Below, in pieces: positions 21,615 to 32,652 of a DNA stretch of 64,000 nt. The number at the start of each line of letters is the position of its first letter. Position 1 is the first letter of the stretch. Under the pieces are notes generated by a model. The model saw nothing but the letters and a program-made list of their open reading frames with translations, was not told the origin of the DNA and searched no databases. Origin of the DNA: Meyerozyma guilliermondii (lineage: Eukaryota); the NCBI GenBank assembly GCA_051546255.1, contig CP128817.1, positions 1,240,001 through 1,304,000 on the forward strand. Direction: 5' to 3'. Position numbers and translations under genes: made by a program.

Positions 21615-22538
21615 TCATTCCTCCGCTTCTATATCGAGAAAATTATACAATACATCCAAAGCGTCATCGGCTTCGGCAAGTTCTTTACATTTCTCTTGAA
21701 GTGGAGCCAATTTATCACGAATTTCTGTCAAGAGTTGCCTTGTTTCTGGATCGTCATTTGGATTGAAGGGTTTCACAGGTTTCTCAACATACTCGCCCTC
21801 TGGCGTATTCTTGGAATTCTCTAGTCCCATATTGCGTCTGAGCTCTGTTGCTTCTTCTGTCATTGATTTAATTTCGATTTCGGTCGTTTTCTTGAACTCT
21901 TGTAAGTATTGTAGATCTTGCTGATATACGGTAGACAACTCTTTGTGGTATTTTTCCAATTGATTAACCTGTTTTAGTTCGGCCTGGAGGTACGTCTCCA
22001 AGAACTTTTTACGGCGGTTAAGACTATCAAATGCCAAAACATTCATGTCTTCTGAGCTGTTGCGTTTAGAATGTGATGTGGGCAACGGTACTTTTGTCAC
22101 CTTTAGTCGAGAAAGAAACGACAGCTTATTATTTCTATCTGCCCAACTATTGGCCACGATTTCCTGAGCGCTAGCCATCTTCTTGTTGAATTGTGTCTTC
22201 TTTTGATCTCGACGGTATCTCTCCACCGCCTTACTTGAACACACACTTATGATTCTTTCTAAAGAGTTAAATGTTTCTGGATCGAGGGGCGCCCAGAACC
22301 TGTCGACGAGTTTACCTGGAACACGTTTCCTTACCGTTTGCAATGTGAAGTTGGTAGGTAACCCAATTTGTGATGTTTTGGCTTCATTTGGTTCTTCTAT
22401 TGATTCGTGATTTTCTGGACTTTTAGTTCTTGATGAGTGTGAAGGTGATGGTGGAGAGTGTGGGGTATCAGGTAGAGCCGGGGACTGCGGTGATCGATTT
22501 GGCAGATTTATATTATCAGTGCCATCTCTATCGCTCAT
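21615..22538 (-). CDS. Probable inner kinetochore protein, CENP-Q (Okp1/Fta7) family
   Basis: S/P-rich N-terminus; RKRVPGKLVDRFWAPL and RLKVTKVP...LAFDSLNRRKKFLE followed by a coiled coil, as in fungal CENP-Q proteins; ACGCGCGCG (MCB-like) upstream. Confidence 0.55.
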   Translation of the reverse strand: MSDRDGTDNINLPNRSPQSPALPDTPHSPPSPSHSSRTKSPENHESIEEPNEAKTSQIGLPTNFTLQTVRKRVPGKLVDRFWAPLDPETFNSLERIISVCSSKAVERYRRDQKKTQFNKKMASAQEIVANSWADRNNKLSFLSRLKVTKVPLPTSHSKRNSSEDMNVLAFDSLNRRKKFLETYLQAELKQVNQLEKYHKELSTVYQQDLQYLQEFKKTTEIEIKSMTEEATELRRNMGLENSKNTPEGEYVEKPVKPFNPNDDPETRQLLTEIRDKLAPLQEKCKELAEADDALDVLYNFLDIEAEE

Positions 22539-22656
22539 CTTGAGGCACTATTTAATATTTATTTTGACGCGCGCGCTTTTATGTTGAATTTCTACGAAAT
22601 GGGTGCAAATTCTCAAATGAGAAATGAGAGAAGTGAACCGTATGTTCTTCCAGAGA

Positions 22657-24102
22657 TCATATGTTTCTTTTCAAAAGAGTCACCGTGTAGTTATACACAT
22701 CTTTCATCAGCGTCACATCGGAACCTAGTGCGGTTGCAAACTTTAAAAGTAATCGAGGTGCAACAGTCTTGATTACGCCAGGTGATTTTTTGGGAACCGA
22801 ATTGGCAACCTCTCGTACTAGTTCAGTCGCTGTTCGCAATGTAGGATCTGAATCCTGTTGTGTGTCTAGTTTTGGAACTGGATAGTTGGAAGTATCAGTA
22901 TCGTCACTGAAAATCTGAAAAAGTCGTTTATCGGCTATGGAAAGCTCGTCGCTGTAAGTTCCACTAGCTCCAATTTTGTTTTTGGCGGGAACTATATTGT
23001 TGTAGAGCCATTGACAATACTTTTCAACTTTAAAGTCAGACCACTTTAAGAGGTCTGTATCTTCAATGTCTTTATGAGCGAATGGAAATTCAGAATTTTG
23101 TTCATGCTCATCCAATGCAGATAGCCATTTTTCTGTGCTGAATGGCAGGTCTCGTAACGTATTCAGAACGATCAAAATAACAAGAGATAGCACAACAGTT
23201 TCAGGAAAATATAAGTCGGGAGTTTTGGCGACTGGGTTGATTTTACCGAAATCTATTGATTTGGCAATATCAATGCAAAGGCAGAAAAGAGTTGGAGTAT
23301 TTGGAAGAAGCAACGAATCCCTCATGATCAGAAACACAAGTGAATAGTAATACGACTTTGGAATAGTCAATTCTTCTTGGCCAACTTTAGATGCAATTGT
23401 TCGAATTGAACGCAATAACTCGCTAATCGTTACAGGGAATGGTGGCTGAATGGATTTGTGATAATATGACGGAAGGGCTACTACCATTTCTTTTGGAAGC
23501 AAATGTAGCGACCTCATATATGGAATTGTATTATCATTGATCTTGGGAATCAAGTCAACGAGATAGACCAGGATGTGATTTAGTCGAAGAATTGCCAAGT
23601 ATATTATGGCAAGGGCATCGATGGCCGATGGAGCTTTGCGATCATTACCATTGATATGTGGCATATAATCGATGAGGATTCGAGCCCAGTATACTTTGAC
23701 AATTGCAACCAACGAGTGCTCAAATTCTTTCTGCTGCTGCTGGGGGCAGGTTTCAGTTACTATTGCCTTTATTTTGTGTTGAAGTGATAATTGGAAACAT
23801 CGAAGGTACAATTTTTTCGCATGTACTCCATACAATTTTTTCGAATCCTTATTTTTCGTGATGCCTCGCGACTGCATTGCTGCTGCATTACTCAGACTGG
23901 CAAACTCACCTCCTAATCCTGTCAAATTAATGTTTAAGCGTCTAGTAGCGACATAATTTTCATCTTGATCATCGTTGATCTCGATATTTCCTTCCATAAC
24001 GTGGCCATATTGGCACACCTTGAGCCCATCGCTAGACCTATATAGTTGCGATCTGCAGTTGTCGACGCCACAAATGGGTCCACGAATCCATTTCTGTGAC
24101 AT
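22657..24102 (-). CDS. RRN7: RNA polymerase I core factor subunit (TFIIB-like zinc ribbon)
   Basis: MSQKWIRGPICGVDNCRSQLYRSSDGLKVCQYGHVMEG...TRRLN matches the Rrn7 N-terminal zinc finger. Confidence 0.92.
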   Translation of the reverse strand: MSQKWIRGPICGVDNCRSQLYRSSDGLKVCQYGHVMEGNIEINDDQDENYVATRRLNINLTGLGGEFASLSNAAAMQSRGITKNKDSKKLYGVHAKKLYLRCFQLSLQHKIKAIVTETCPQQQQKEFEHSLVAIVKVYWARILIDYMPHINGNDRKAPSAIDALAIIYLAILRLNHILVYLVDLIPKINDNTIPYMRSLHLLPKEMVVALPSYYHKSIQPPFPVTISELLRSIRTIASKVGQEELTIPKSYYYSLVFLIMRDSLLLPNTPTLFCLCIDIAKSIDFGKINPVAKTPDLYFPETVVLSLVILIVLNTLRDLPFSTEKWLSALDEHEQNSEFPFAHKDIEDTDLLKWSDFKVEKYCQWLYNNIVPAKNKIGASGTYSDELSIADKRLFQIFSDDTDTSNYPVPKLDTQQDSDPTLRTATELVREVANSVPKKSPGVIKTVAPRLLLKFATALGSDVTLMKDVYNYTVTLLKRNI

Positions 24103-24764
24103 AGAGATAGTGATCGCGATTACATCAAAACCACCGCGGAGATGGAGATGGCTTACATCAGCCATCGCATTTTGGCGACAGGGTCTCACGTCACATGACC
24201 AGACCGTGGTTAACCGATATTGCCCTACGGCCGTTTGTCATCTGTGGTTAGGTCCGAGAACGGTGATTCGGAAAAGATGTCTAATTTCGGGTCCGGGCTG
24301 CATTCCGGAGCCAAGATGTGACGCGATAATCTTAAGACCGATGCGAAAATGTGGGGCTCGGGGCATTAATGTCCCGTTCGGACCCCGGGCTTAAGAGTGA
24401 CAGCGAAGGACCGGGTGTTTTATGCAGGAGCCAAGAATACGAAGAGCAGGTTGGATTCGGATTAAAAGGGCAAGAACGTCAGTGTTGAATGGTTTTCGTG
24501 CTGGTTATTCTATTCGTTGGTGTTTGATAGTCTTTGCAGATTTTGGTGGACCTTTTATTTCGGTGTTCATCATATCTAGGCATCGCCTGCTTCTCTGCAG
24601 GATCGACTCCGTCCGGCGATTAGAAGAGGGGAAGCAGCGTAAAAAACCCCACACTCGTTTAGGGGTTTGGGCCTGGCTTTGTAACCATCAGAGTATAAAA
24701 GGTAGCACCGAAGAGGACTTAGGAACCAAAAGGTATATAAAAAAGAATATCAATTCTGTTGACC

Positions 24765-26309
24765 ATGTTCAAGTCCACAGCTAAACAAGCTTTCAAAAGC
24801 GCTCCGACACTTGCAAGAATGTATTCTGACCTTCCATTATCTGTCAAGGTGACTTTTCCAACTGGAAAGAGTTACGACCAACCTACTGGGTTGTTCATTA
24901 ACAACGAGTTTGTTCTTCCCAAGAGAAAGAAGACTTTCGAGGTGATCTCTCCATCTACCGAGGAGGAGATTTGCCATGTCTATGAAGCTCGTGAGGAAGA
25001 TATCGATGCTGCCGTCGAGGCTGCTGAAGCTGCTTTCAACACCGAATGGTCCACTGGTCCTCCACTTGAGAGAACCAAGTACATGACCAGATTGGCTGAC
25101 TTGATTGAGGAGCACGCTGACACTCTTGCTCACATTGATACCTTTGACAATGGTAAGTCATTGGCCAACTCTCGTGGTGACGTTGCCCTTGCTGCCAACT
25201 ACATCAGATCTTGTGCTGGTTGGGCTGACAAGATTCAAGGTACTGCTCCTGACACTGGATCTGGACACTTGAATATTGTTAAGAGAGAGCCAATTGGTGT
25301 CTGTGGACAAATTATTCCATGGAACTTCCCATTGCTCATGCTTTCTTGGAAGCTTGGTCCTGCTCTTGCTACTGGAAATACCATTGTGTTGAAAACTGCC
25401 GAGACTACCCCATTGTCTGGTTTGTACGTTGCTAAATTGATTAAAGAAGCTGGCTTCCCTAAGGGTGTTGTCAACATTGTATCTGGTTTTGGAAAGATTG
25501 CTGGTGATGCCATTGCTACCCACAAGAAGATCAAGAAGGTTGCCTTCACTGGTTCCACTGCTACTGGTAGACACATCATGAGAGCTGCTGCTAACTCCAA
25601 CTTGAAGAAGGTCACTTTGGAATTGGGTGGTAAATCACCAAATATTGTGTTCAACGATGCTGATATTGATGTTACTGTTCAAAACTTGGTTACCGGTATC
25701 TTCTACAACACCGGTGAGGTTTGCTGTGCTGGTTCCAGAGTGTACGTCCAAGATGGTATCTATGATGAACTCTTGGCTGCTTTCAAGAAGGCTGCTGAAG
25801 ATGTCAAGATTGGTGACCCATTTGCTGAGGACACCTTCATGGGTGCTCAAAACTCGTCGACTCAATTGGACAAGATTTTGAAATACATTGAAATTGGAAA
25901 GAGTGAGGGTGCCAAGGTTGTTGCTGGAGGTGCCAGACACGGAGACAAGGGATTCTTTGTTAAGCCAACCATTTTCGGTGATGTTAAGGAAGACATGCAA
26001 ATTGTCAAAGATGAAATCTTTGGTCCTGTTGTCACCATCTCCAAGTTTTCCACTGTTGATGAAGTTGTCAAGTTGGCTAACGACTCTGAGTATGGATTGG
26101 CTGCTGGTATTCACAGTACCAACATGAACACCATCATGTCTGTTGCTAACAGAATCAAGGCTGGTACCGTCTGGGTCAACACCTACAATGATTTCGACCA
26201 CATGGTACCATTTGGTGGTTACGGCCAATCAGGTATTGGTAGAGAATTGGGTGAGGCTGCTTTGGACAACTACACTCAAGTCAAGAGTATCAGAGTTGGT
26301 CTCCACTAG
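24765..26309 (+). CDS. ALD5: Aldehyde dehydrogenase (Ald4/Ald5 type) with mitochondrial-like presequence; highly expressed codon bias
   Basis: [38 protein letters not shown], catalytic [27 protein letters not shown]. Confidence 0.92.
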   Translation: MFKSTAKQAFKSAPTLARMYSDLPLSVKVTFPTGKSYDQPTGLFINNEFVLPKRKKTFEVISPSTEEEICHVYEAREEDIDAAVEAAEAAFNTEWSTGPPLERTKYMTRLADLIEEHADTLAHIDTFDNGKSLANSRGDVALAANYIRSCAGWADKIQGTAPDTGSGHLNIVKREPIGVCGQIIPWNFPLLMLSWKLGPALATGNTIVLKTAETTPLSGLYVAKLIKEAGFPKGVVNIVSGFGKIAGDAIATHKKIKKVAFTGSTATGRHIMRAAANSNLKKVTLELGGKSPNIVFNDADIDVTVQNLVTGIFYNTGEVCCAGSRVYVQDGIYDELLAAFKKAAEDVKIGDPFAEDTFMGAQNSSTQLDKILKYIEIGKSEGAKVVAGGARHGDKGFFVKPTIFGDVKEDMQIVKDEIFGPVVTISKFSTVDEVVKLANDSEYGLAAGIHSTNMNTIMSVANRIKAGTVWVNTYNDFDHMVPFGGYGQSGIGRELGEAALDNYTQVKSIRVGLH

Positions 26310-26625
26310 TTCATAGTGTTTTGTAAGTAAAATGTACTGAAATACAGTTATGAATCAACAATAAACTCCAGTAGCCAATGAAATGCAATCAAACTCGCTT
26401 CAAGTTGACTCAAGTTGGAACCATACAGTGTTGCAGCCAAAACCTTATTGTTACCGCAGAACGAGCGGCTCGCGAAAAATTGGTCGACACGTGCGAGGTG
26501 ACTGTCTTTCTTTCGCACACTTATGGGTAAGTGCTTACGTGATATGAGTTTCTCGCACTCAAAAATTTTCAACTGTCGCCTGAAAAGATTTTCAATCAAG
26601 GAAACAACGTATACTGAATATCAGA

Positions 26626-27196
26626 ATGGTATGTACTTGCAAATACCTTCACTTGATGGGGGCTTGTATCAGATCGTGATATGGATGTGTCTGTAGTATT
26701 ATAAGTGGTTTTGAACCGCAGAAAACTGGCAGCTTAGTCGATCGATAATATTTTCACCCATCATCAAATCTCAAACAAATACTAACTTCAGAGTGACGCT
26801 GTGACTATCAGAACCCGTAAGGTTATCACCAACCCATTGTTATCCAGAAGACAATTCGTCATTGACGTCTTGCACCCAGACAGACCAAACGTTTCCAAGG
26901 ACGAGTTGCGTGAAAGATTGGCCGAGACCTACAAGGCCGACAAGGATGCCGTTTCTGTTTTCGGTTTCAGAACCCAATTCGGTGGTGGCAAGTCCACTGG
27001 TTTCGGTTTGATCTACCAATCCGCTGCTGACGCCAAGAAATTTGAGCCAGCTTACAGATTGGTCAGATACGGATTGGCCGAGAAGGTTGACAAGGCTTCC
27101 AGACAACAAAGAAAGCAAAAGAAGAACAGAGAGAAGAAGATCTTTGGTACTGCCAAGCGTGCCGCTAAGAGAGCTGCTAGAAGAAACGCTGATTAA
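26626..27196 (+). CDS. RPS24: 40S ribosomal protein eS24; exon 1 is ATG only (26626-26628), exon 2 is 26792-27196
   Basis: Spliced product [30 protein letters not shown]...[15 protein letters not shown]. Confidence 0.97.
26629..26791 (+). other. Spliceosomal intron (163 nt) in RPS24
   Basis: GTATGT at 26629; TACTAAC 26780-26786; TT; CAG 26789-26791. Confidence 0.96.
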
Positions 27197-27270
27197 TTTA
27201 CTCAGAGTTATCTGTTTCATAGATGTCACGATGCATCAGTAATAAAAATCGTACATGGAATTGATGTAGT

Positions 27271-29793
27271 TTATTTCCTGTAAAAATTGAACTCACGGAG
27301 GGTGCCAGGTATTATGACAGGCTTCTCAACTTCTGTTTGATATCTGATTTTGATTTGTTCAAGCTGGCTAACCAACGTTGTTACCTGTGCCTTATCCATA
27401 TCTTTACGACAAAGACATATTCCTCTGACGTATTCCACAGAACAGTCATAAAATGATCCCAAGATTTCATTTTCCCACATTTGTGGTATAAAGTTCATAG
27501 GATCTTCACATGTTGCCAATTCACCTAACATCTCAATCGCTCGAAGACTGTTCAACAAGTACGCAGCATCCTTCCGGGTGAAAAGGTGCTCCAATCCTCC
27601 ATAAAGAATAGTAGCATCTCTGGAAACTGCCTCGCTAAATGATTTGAATTTTTTGACTTGGTCTGGTTCAATCTTTCGACCCTCTCCGTAAAGAATATTT
27701 TCATAGCCAATTCTGATATACGATGCAATGAAAGAGTCCAAGAAGATATTGAATGTTACCGAGTATATCTCATACGAAGCATATCCTCTCAACTCTTCCA
27801 TGTATTCGCAAATGGTTTCCACGATTTTTTCAGCTACATTCAACTCGTCAGAATTCTGTCTCTTACTATCGTCGTACCACGTTTTGGTAAAGAGGACAGA
27901 AAACGCTGGATACAAATCATTGACGATGATATCCACCATGCATCTAATAGCCAGTCCGTTTAATTTGGCGGTAGGAGCAACAACACTCTCGAACGCAATA
28001 TCTATACGTTCTTGATAAGTGGAATGCACTTTGTTGCGATACTTGGGCAAGAATTTCTCATGCAAACGCTCAGTGGTGATTTCGTAGGTGTTTCCAAGTG
28101 CTGCAAGGTATTCGATTAAACCTGGTTTCGAAAGCCGAGCTAGTTCTTCTTGTGTCATATTCTCAATATCCTGATCGATAGTTGGAATATCCTTCTTGAA
28201 AAGACGTTTCATCTTACTCTCTTTGATCAAAAACCGCTCGTTGTTGTAAACAGACATGTAACGGTCGTATTCATCTTCGACAAGCAATAGATAGTTATCA
28301 ACACGTTTCTGATACTGTTCTGCCCAGTGCTCAATTACTCCAACAAGAATCTTACCGTAGCCAGACTCAGCAGCTACATCTGCTTGTTCTTTAAGCATTG
28401 TTAATGGAATTTTAAAGTCGGGAAGAACAAATACTTCTGAGTCAACTTCAAAAACCATGAGTTCATCCTGACTGTTTTCGTCTTCATAAACTTGATGATA
28501 GGTGTAAATGTCTGGAGGTGACTCTCTCTGTGAGAATACTTGGGTTTCTTGTTTGATAAGATTGTCATTCCATTCATTCATTTTTATCACGATTACCTTA
28601 AGATAATCTTCGAGAACAACGTTGCGTAGATCTTCTCCAATGATGGACCTTTTCGTTTTTTTCGTCTTTGCAGTACTCTCATCCTGCTCCGAAGATGTAA
28701 AGTTTAAGCTTTCAATAAACTCGCTGTAATGTTTATCATAGGACAATATCTTGAGCAAGTCTTCTGCTGGAGGGTCTGTGTTGATGTATTCCATGCTGAA
28801 ATCATGCAATTTGTTGTAGTAAACATTATGAACAAAAGTGTCGATTGCCCAATTTGGAGGGAAGACCGGAGCCAATGTATTTACGACAAATACCAATTCA
28901 TCTTCGAGCCAGTTTAAGTTGTCGAAGACAAGTATTTTGTCGTGAGCAAAGTGCTCAACACATTTATCGAAGATTTCATCAAGACTTTCTTGCAATTTAT
29001 CATAAAAAAATTTTCGATAATTTCTCTTACTTCCCCTAAAGTTTCCATAGTTGATTATTCGCATATCGCGAGCCTTCAAAAGGTCAAGCTTATTCAACAA
29101 AGAGAATTTCAAGTCTTCATTAGCCTCAAACTCAATGATCTTGATGATCTTGAAGGCGAGAGTGTAGTTACCTTCTTTGGCTGCTTCGGTGATTGAATAT
29201 ATGATTTCTGCCAAAAGGAGATCGAAATTTTTGACCACTTCCTGAAGTGGAAGTACAAGCTTGAAGATGATAGACTGCAAGTCATCCGATAATGTACTTG
29301 ATTGTTGCTGGAGATAATCCTGGAAGTTACGTGCTTGAGTGATGTTATAATGAATGCGGAATATGTTATCCAAGGAATAACCAGGATCATCTTGCACAAT
29401 AGATAGTTCATCCTGAATCATGGTAGCCAACCTTTGAATGAAACCTTTAAAGTTGGATATGTCGTGGTAAAGATTACCGGTTTGAATGAGGAATTGATTC
29501 ACGATTGAGATCTGTCTTATGGTGTCGTAATCTTCCACGTTGGTAATTGACTCGTCGTATAGTTGGTTAATCTTCCCGAGATTCCCCTTGATTGAATTGA
29601 GTTTATGAACCGATTTTTTCAAATTAGTCAAGTTGTCACTTATTGAGTCGATTTGATTTTGTGAGGCAGCATTGAGTTTCAAATCCACCGACGTTCTTTC
29701 TTTGATAAATTGTTGTTTTAACGCCCCTATTTTCACGAGGTCGTCCTCAACCTTGATCAAGTTGGCTATTTTTGATAGAGCTGCGTCGCTCAT
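27271..29793 (-). CDS. SEC6: Exocyst subunit
   Basis: MSDAALSKIANLIKVEDDLVKI...; YYNKLH...ILSYD; helical rod of ~840 aa; SFYDCSVEYVRGICLCRKD near the C-terminus. Confidence 0.9.
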   Translation of the reverse strand: MSDAALSKIANLIKVEDDLVKIGALKQQFIKERTSVDLKLNAASQNQIDSISDNLTNLKKSVHKLNSIKGNLGKINQLYDESITNVEDYDTIRQISIVNQFLIQTGNLYHDISNFKGFIQRLATMIQDELSIVQDDPGYSLDNIFRIHYNITQARNFQDYLQQQSSTLSDDLQSIIFKLVLPLQEVVKNFDLLLAEIIYSITEAAKEGNYTLAFKIIKIIEFEANEDLKFSLLNKLDLLKARDMRIINYGNFRGSKRNYRKFFYDKLQESLDEIFDKCVEHFAHDKILVFDNLNWLEDELVFVVNTLAPVFPPNWAIDTFVHNVYYNKLHDFSMEYINTDPPAEDLLKILSYDKHYSEFIESLNFTSSEQDESTAKTKKTKRSIIGEDLRNVVLEDYLKVIVIKMNEWNDNLIKQETQVFSQRESPPDIYTYHQVYEDENSQDELMVFEVDSEVFVLPDFKIPLTMLKEQADVAAESGYGKILVGVIEHWAEQYQKRVDNYLLLVEDEYDRYMSVYNNERFLIKESKMKRLFKKDIPTIDQDIENMTQEELARLSKPGLIEYLAALGNTYEITTERLHEKFLPKYRNKVHSTYQERIDIAFESVVAPTAKLNGLAIRCMVDIIVNDLYPAFSVLFTKTWYDDSKRQNSDELNVAEKIVETICEYMEELRGYASYEIYSVTFNIFLDSFIASYIRIGYENILYGEGRKIEPDQVKKFKSFSEAVSRDATILYGGLEHLFTRKDAAYLLNSLRAIEMLGELATCEDPMNFIPQMWENEILGSFYDCSVEYVRGICLCRKDMDKAQVTTLVSQLEQIKIRYQTEVEKPVIIPGTLREFNFYRK

Positions 29794-29909
29794 TCTTGGT
29801 GGTAGTACGTGAATTCGATCTGTTGATAATTGAAGCGAAATATTATATACCGGTGTTGGGTGCGAAATCGCTACATAGCCGTACACGCTAGTTTATTCAC
29901 TACACATCG

Positions 29910-31982
29910 CTACGTTCGCTTAGGACCAAACCTCCTATTATACGGCATTGGCGATCCGTATTGGTTCATCACGTTTCCATTTGGACTGACATTTCCAAAC
30001 CCTGTTGGCGAGGGAACGTACCCTGGAGGAAAATATTGACCCATATCTGCCTGAGGGAACATAGGTACCGGAGCTTGACCTGGCGACATTTGGAGGTGCT
30101 GCTGGTGTTGAAGCATCATGGCCGCGTGCATTTGCTGTTGTTGCTGCATCGCAGCCATTGCGGCTGCTTGTTGGTGCTGGGGAGACATTGGAAACTTGCC
30201 ATTGGGAGGCGGCATTCCAGCGTAATTGGCTGGTACCATTGGAGCTCCCATCAACGGACTGGGTGAAAATGGCATTGGAGTTGGTGACATCATCGTCTTG
30301 CGATTGGCATTCGTAGGGAATAAACTTGTGTGCGGTAAATCGTCCGTGAAAGTCCACGTTGGAGGGGTGATAAACGTCTTCTCAATCGTTGGTGTCTTTG
30401 TATTTTGGGTCTTTTGGGCGGTAATAAACAAATTGAACGAGATTTTAAATTGTTCAACCTTCTTTTTCTGAGTGTCCTTGGTAGGCACTTTATCAGATCC
30501 TCCAAAGAACTCGGCTGGCGAAATTTGATAATGACGTTTCGAGTTGCCAGATCCCGAGCTAGAGCCACTCGTATATGTGCGCTGATTGTTGAGGCGAGGA
30601 GAAGGATTGACAGGAGAACGGAAGCCTGCTTTTGAAGGAACTGGCAGCAGCATTTGGCTTGACTTAGAGGGAGTAAAGGCCGCAGCTTTGGGATTCAACT
30701 TGAATGCCGGTTTGGTTGGATCCATACGTTTCAGAAGCAAAGTAGGCTGGGGTGATTGCAGTCCGCTGGTATCTTTTACCTCCTTTGGTTTGTCCTGTTT
30801 CTTTAGTATCTCGCTTTGCTTGGACTTATCCTTGGCAAGTATGGGAAGCAAATCCGTTGGCATTCTGTGGGGTATCTTAAAGTTGGCACTGAATTCGCGA
30901 AGTGAATTGATCTCACTTTGAGCATTCAATCTGAAAGATTCGTTGTACTCCTTCAGAACCTGAGCATTAGAGTCGCCTTTGCTTTCTCCTGCAGCTGAAC
31001 TCGATACAATAGCTGGGTCATTATGGTAATGAGCAGCTCTGTGACGAGGTGTTACGTACTTGCCATCGGATTTAAGGATTGGCGGTTCGTCCGTTATCGT
31101 TGCATTTTTGAGTGCTGCCATCAATTCGTCTCCACGCCTGTCCACACCGGAGTACTTGTCTTCTTCATCGACACCGCTATCATCAACTTGTATTCCTCTT
31201 TCCTCTAGAATATGACGATCAGTTGAAGATTGACTTTCGATTTCCCTGGCGATAATTGTAGCTTCCTTGAGTCGCTTCTTGTAGTCAGCACCACTTGTGT
31301 TGATCTTGGTAGTGTACAAGCTTTCATCGTACGTGGATCCCACACCGAATTTCTCTTCGTTTACCTTGAATTGATCCCAGTGACCCTTACCACTATCTTC
31401 CAACAGAACCATTTTCAGGTCGTCATCCGGAACCCATCTTTGAAGCTCACGCTCCCTTACAGGTGCTTTGGTGGTGGTGGCCGATATGTCAGTGTCTGTC
31501 TTGAAAGTGGACGTCAGTTCGGTTGACGGTTTGACTTCTTGCTTAGTCTCGGCAGCAGGAGGAGTAGCCACTGAGTCAGATTTGAGAGGGGACGACTGTT
31601 TTGGAACTGGTTCTTCAGTTCCAGATAAGGAGGTGGTGACCTCGAAATCAATCAAGTTCTTTCCCTCCACAACCAATCTGTCGGGTAATTTTGCGTCGAT
31701 ATTAGTTTTCTCAGTGATCAACGCTCCTGACAATAAAGTAGGCTTATTGATCACAATAGAAGCAGGTGCGTTCTGAGCCAAGTCGACCGCGAGTAACGAT
31801 CCCAGGTAGCGAGCACCAGTGGCTACTGTGATTACACAGGGTTTGCCAATCGATTTGGCGGCCAAGAAGAGTAACTTATCATCCTCCAGAGACATAGTTC
31901 TGGTCAGCGAAGGTGGGGTTCCTTGGCGTGAGTTCGACCGACGATGGCCATTGGGCTTTCCCTTGTTGCCTTGAGCTTTCAT
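29910..31982 (-). CDS. PBP1: Poly(A)-binding-protein-binding protein, ataxin-2 homologue (Lsm + LsmAD + low-complexity tail)
   Basis: FKTDTDIS, ERELQRWVPD, WDQFKVNEEKFGVGSTYDESLYTT, DEEDKYSGV, PAM2-like KLNPKAAAFTP, M/Q/P-rich tail. Confidence 0.92.
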   Translation of the reverse strand: MKAQGNKGKPNGHRRSNSRQGTPPSLTRTMSLEDDKLLFLAAKSIGKPCVITVATGARYLGSLLAVDLAQNAPASIVINKPTLLSGALITEKTNIDAKLPDRLVVEGKNLIDFEVTTSLSGTEEPVPKQSSPLKSDSVATPPAAETKQEVKPSTELTSTFKTDTDISATTTKAPVRERELQRWVPDDDLKMVLLEDSGKGHWDQFKVNEEKFGVGSTYDESLYTTKINTSGADYKKRLKEATIIAREIESQSSTDRHILEERGIQVDDSGVDEEDKYSGVDRRGDELMAALKNATITDEPPILKSDGKYVTPRHRAAHYHNDPAIVSSSAAGESKGDSNAQVLKEYNESFRLNAQSEINSLREFSANFKIPHRMPTDLLPILAKDKSKQSEILKKQDKPKEVKDTSGLQSPQPTLLLKRMDPTKPAFKLNPKAAAFTPSKSSQMLLPVPSKAGFRSPVNPSPRLNNQRTYTSGSSSGSGNSKRHYQISPAEFFGGSDKVPTKDTQKKKVEQFKISFNLFITAQKTQNTKTPTIEKTFITPPTWTFTDDLPHTSLFPTNANRKTMMSPTPMPFSPSPLMGAPMVPANYAGMPPPNGKFPMSPQHQQAAAMAAMQQQQQMHAAMMLQHQQHLQMSPGQAPVPMFPQADMGQYFPPGYVPSPTGFGNVSPNGNVMNQYGSPMPYNRRFGPKRT

Positions 31983-32378
31983 ATGAATAATTTTGCTGTT
32001 TTGAGTGCACAAAGGGGTGTTTCACAAAGTGGTGATTTTGGTGTGAAATCACTTATTTTTTTTAATTTTAGTCAGCCTTAAACTAAAAGTGAATCAATCA
32101 ACTACAGCTCTCTCCGCTGATGGTTTTGTGTATCAATTGATACTACTAATGATCGATCCTGGCTATGCGCTGTTCCAATAATCGCACGTAGAAATGCAGC
32201 TTTTTTCCCCAAATACGGTTCAGAGAATGTATATAGGAGCAGATATGCAGTTAAGTATTTGGGTTCACTGCTAAAACTCGAGGGTCACCTAGATGGATGA
32301 GCCAAACAACAAGTGGCTTTTTGAACCGTTGATTGTTTTCCGTTAATTGTACGCCCGCGCATTTTTGTGCGGACGAGA

Positions 32379-32387
32379 GTCACGTGA
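32379..32387. promoter_or_regulatory. Cbf1-type E-box GTCACGTGA upstream of PBP1
   Basis: Exact RTCACGTGA; similar CACGTG boxes at 13002-13007 (UFD1) and 26488-26493 (RPS24). Confidence 0.5.
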
Positions 32388-32652
32388 GGGTAATGAAAGT
32401 TTCGATTACATAGGCTACTTCCGCGGGGTATCTAAGGCAACCTAGTGCTGTAGTTGATGAAGATTATTAATCTGTAATTGAGAAATATGCCCATTATAAA
32501 CTTCTACTTTCCTTTTGCATTGAAATATCCGGTCACTAGCTTCGCCCGAATTTTACGCCATGTTGTGCAGAATAATTTTCTGTGTCTCTTTTACATGCAT
32601 ATTTGTATTATTGTAAAAAATCTCCAAATGACCCAATTTTGAGAGATTGTAT

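Noticed and set aside
23975..24784. ORFs of 139 and 120 aa in the RRN7/ALD5 spacer
   Set aside because: They overlap the RRN7 and ALD5 starts, have no recognisable protein features, and lie in a motif-rich promoter.
24837..27229. Long antisense ORFs over ALD5 (up to 197 aa) and RPS24 (129 aa)
   Set aside because: Typical by-product of strong codon bias in highly expressed genes; no recognisable domains.
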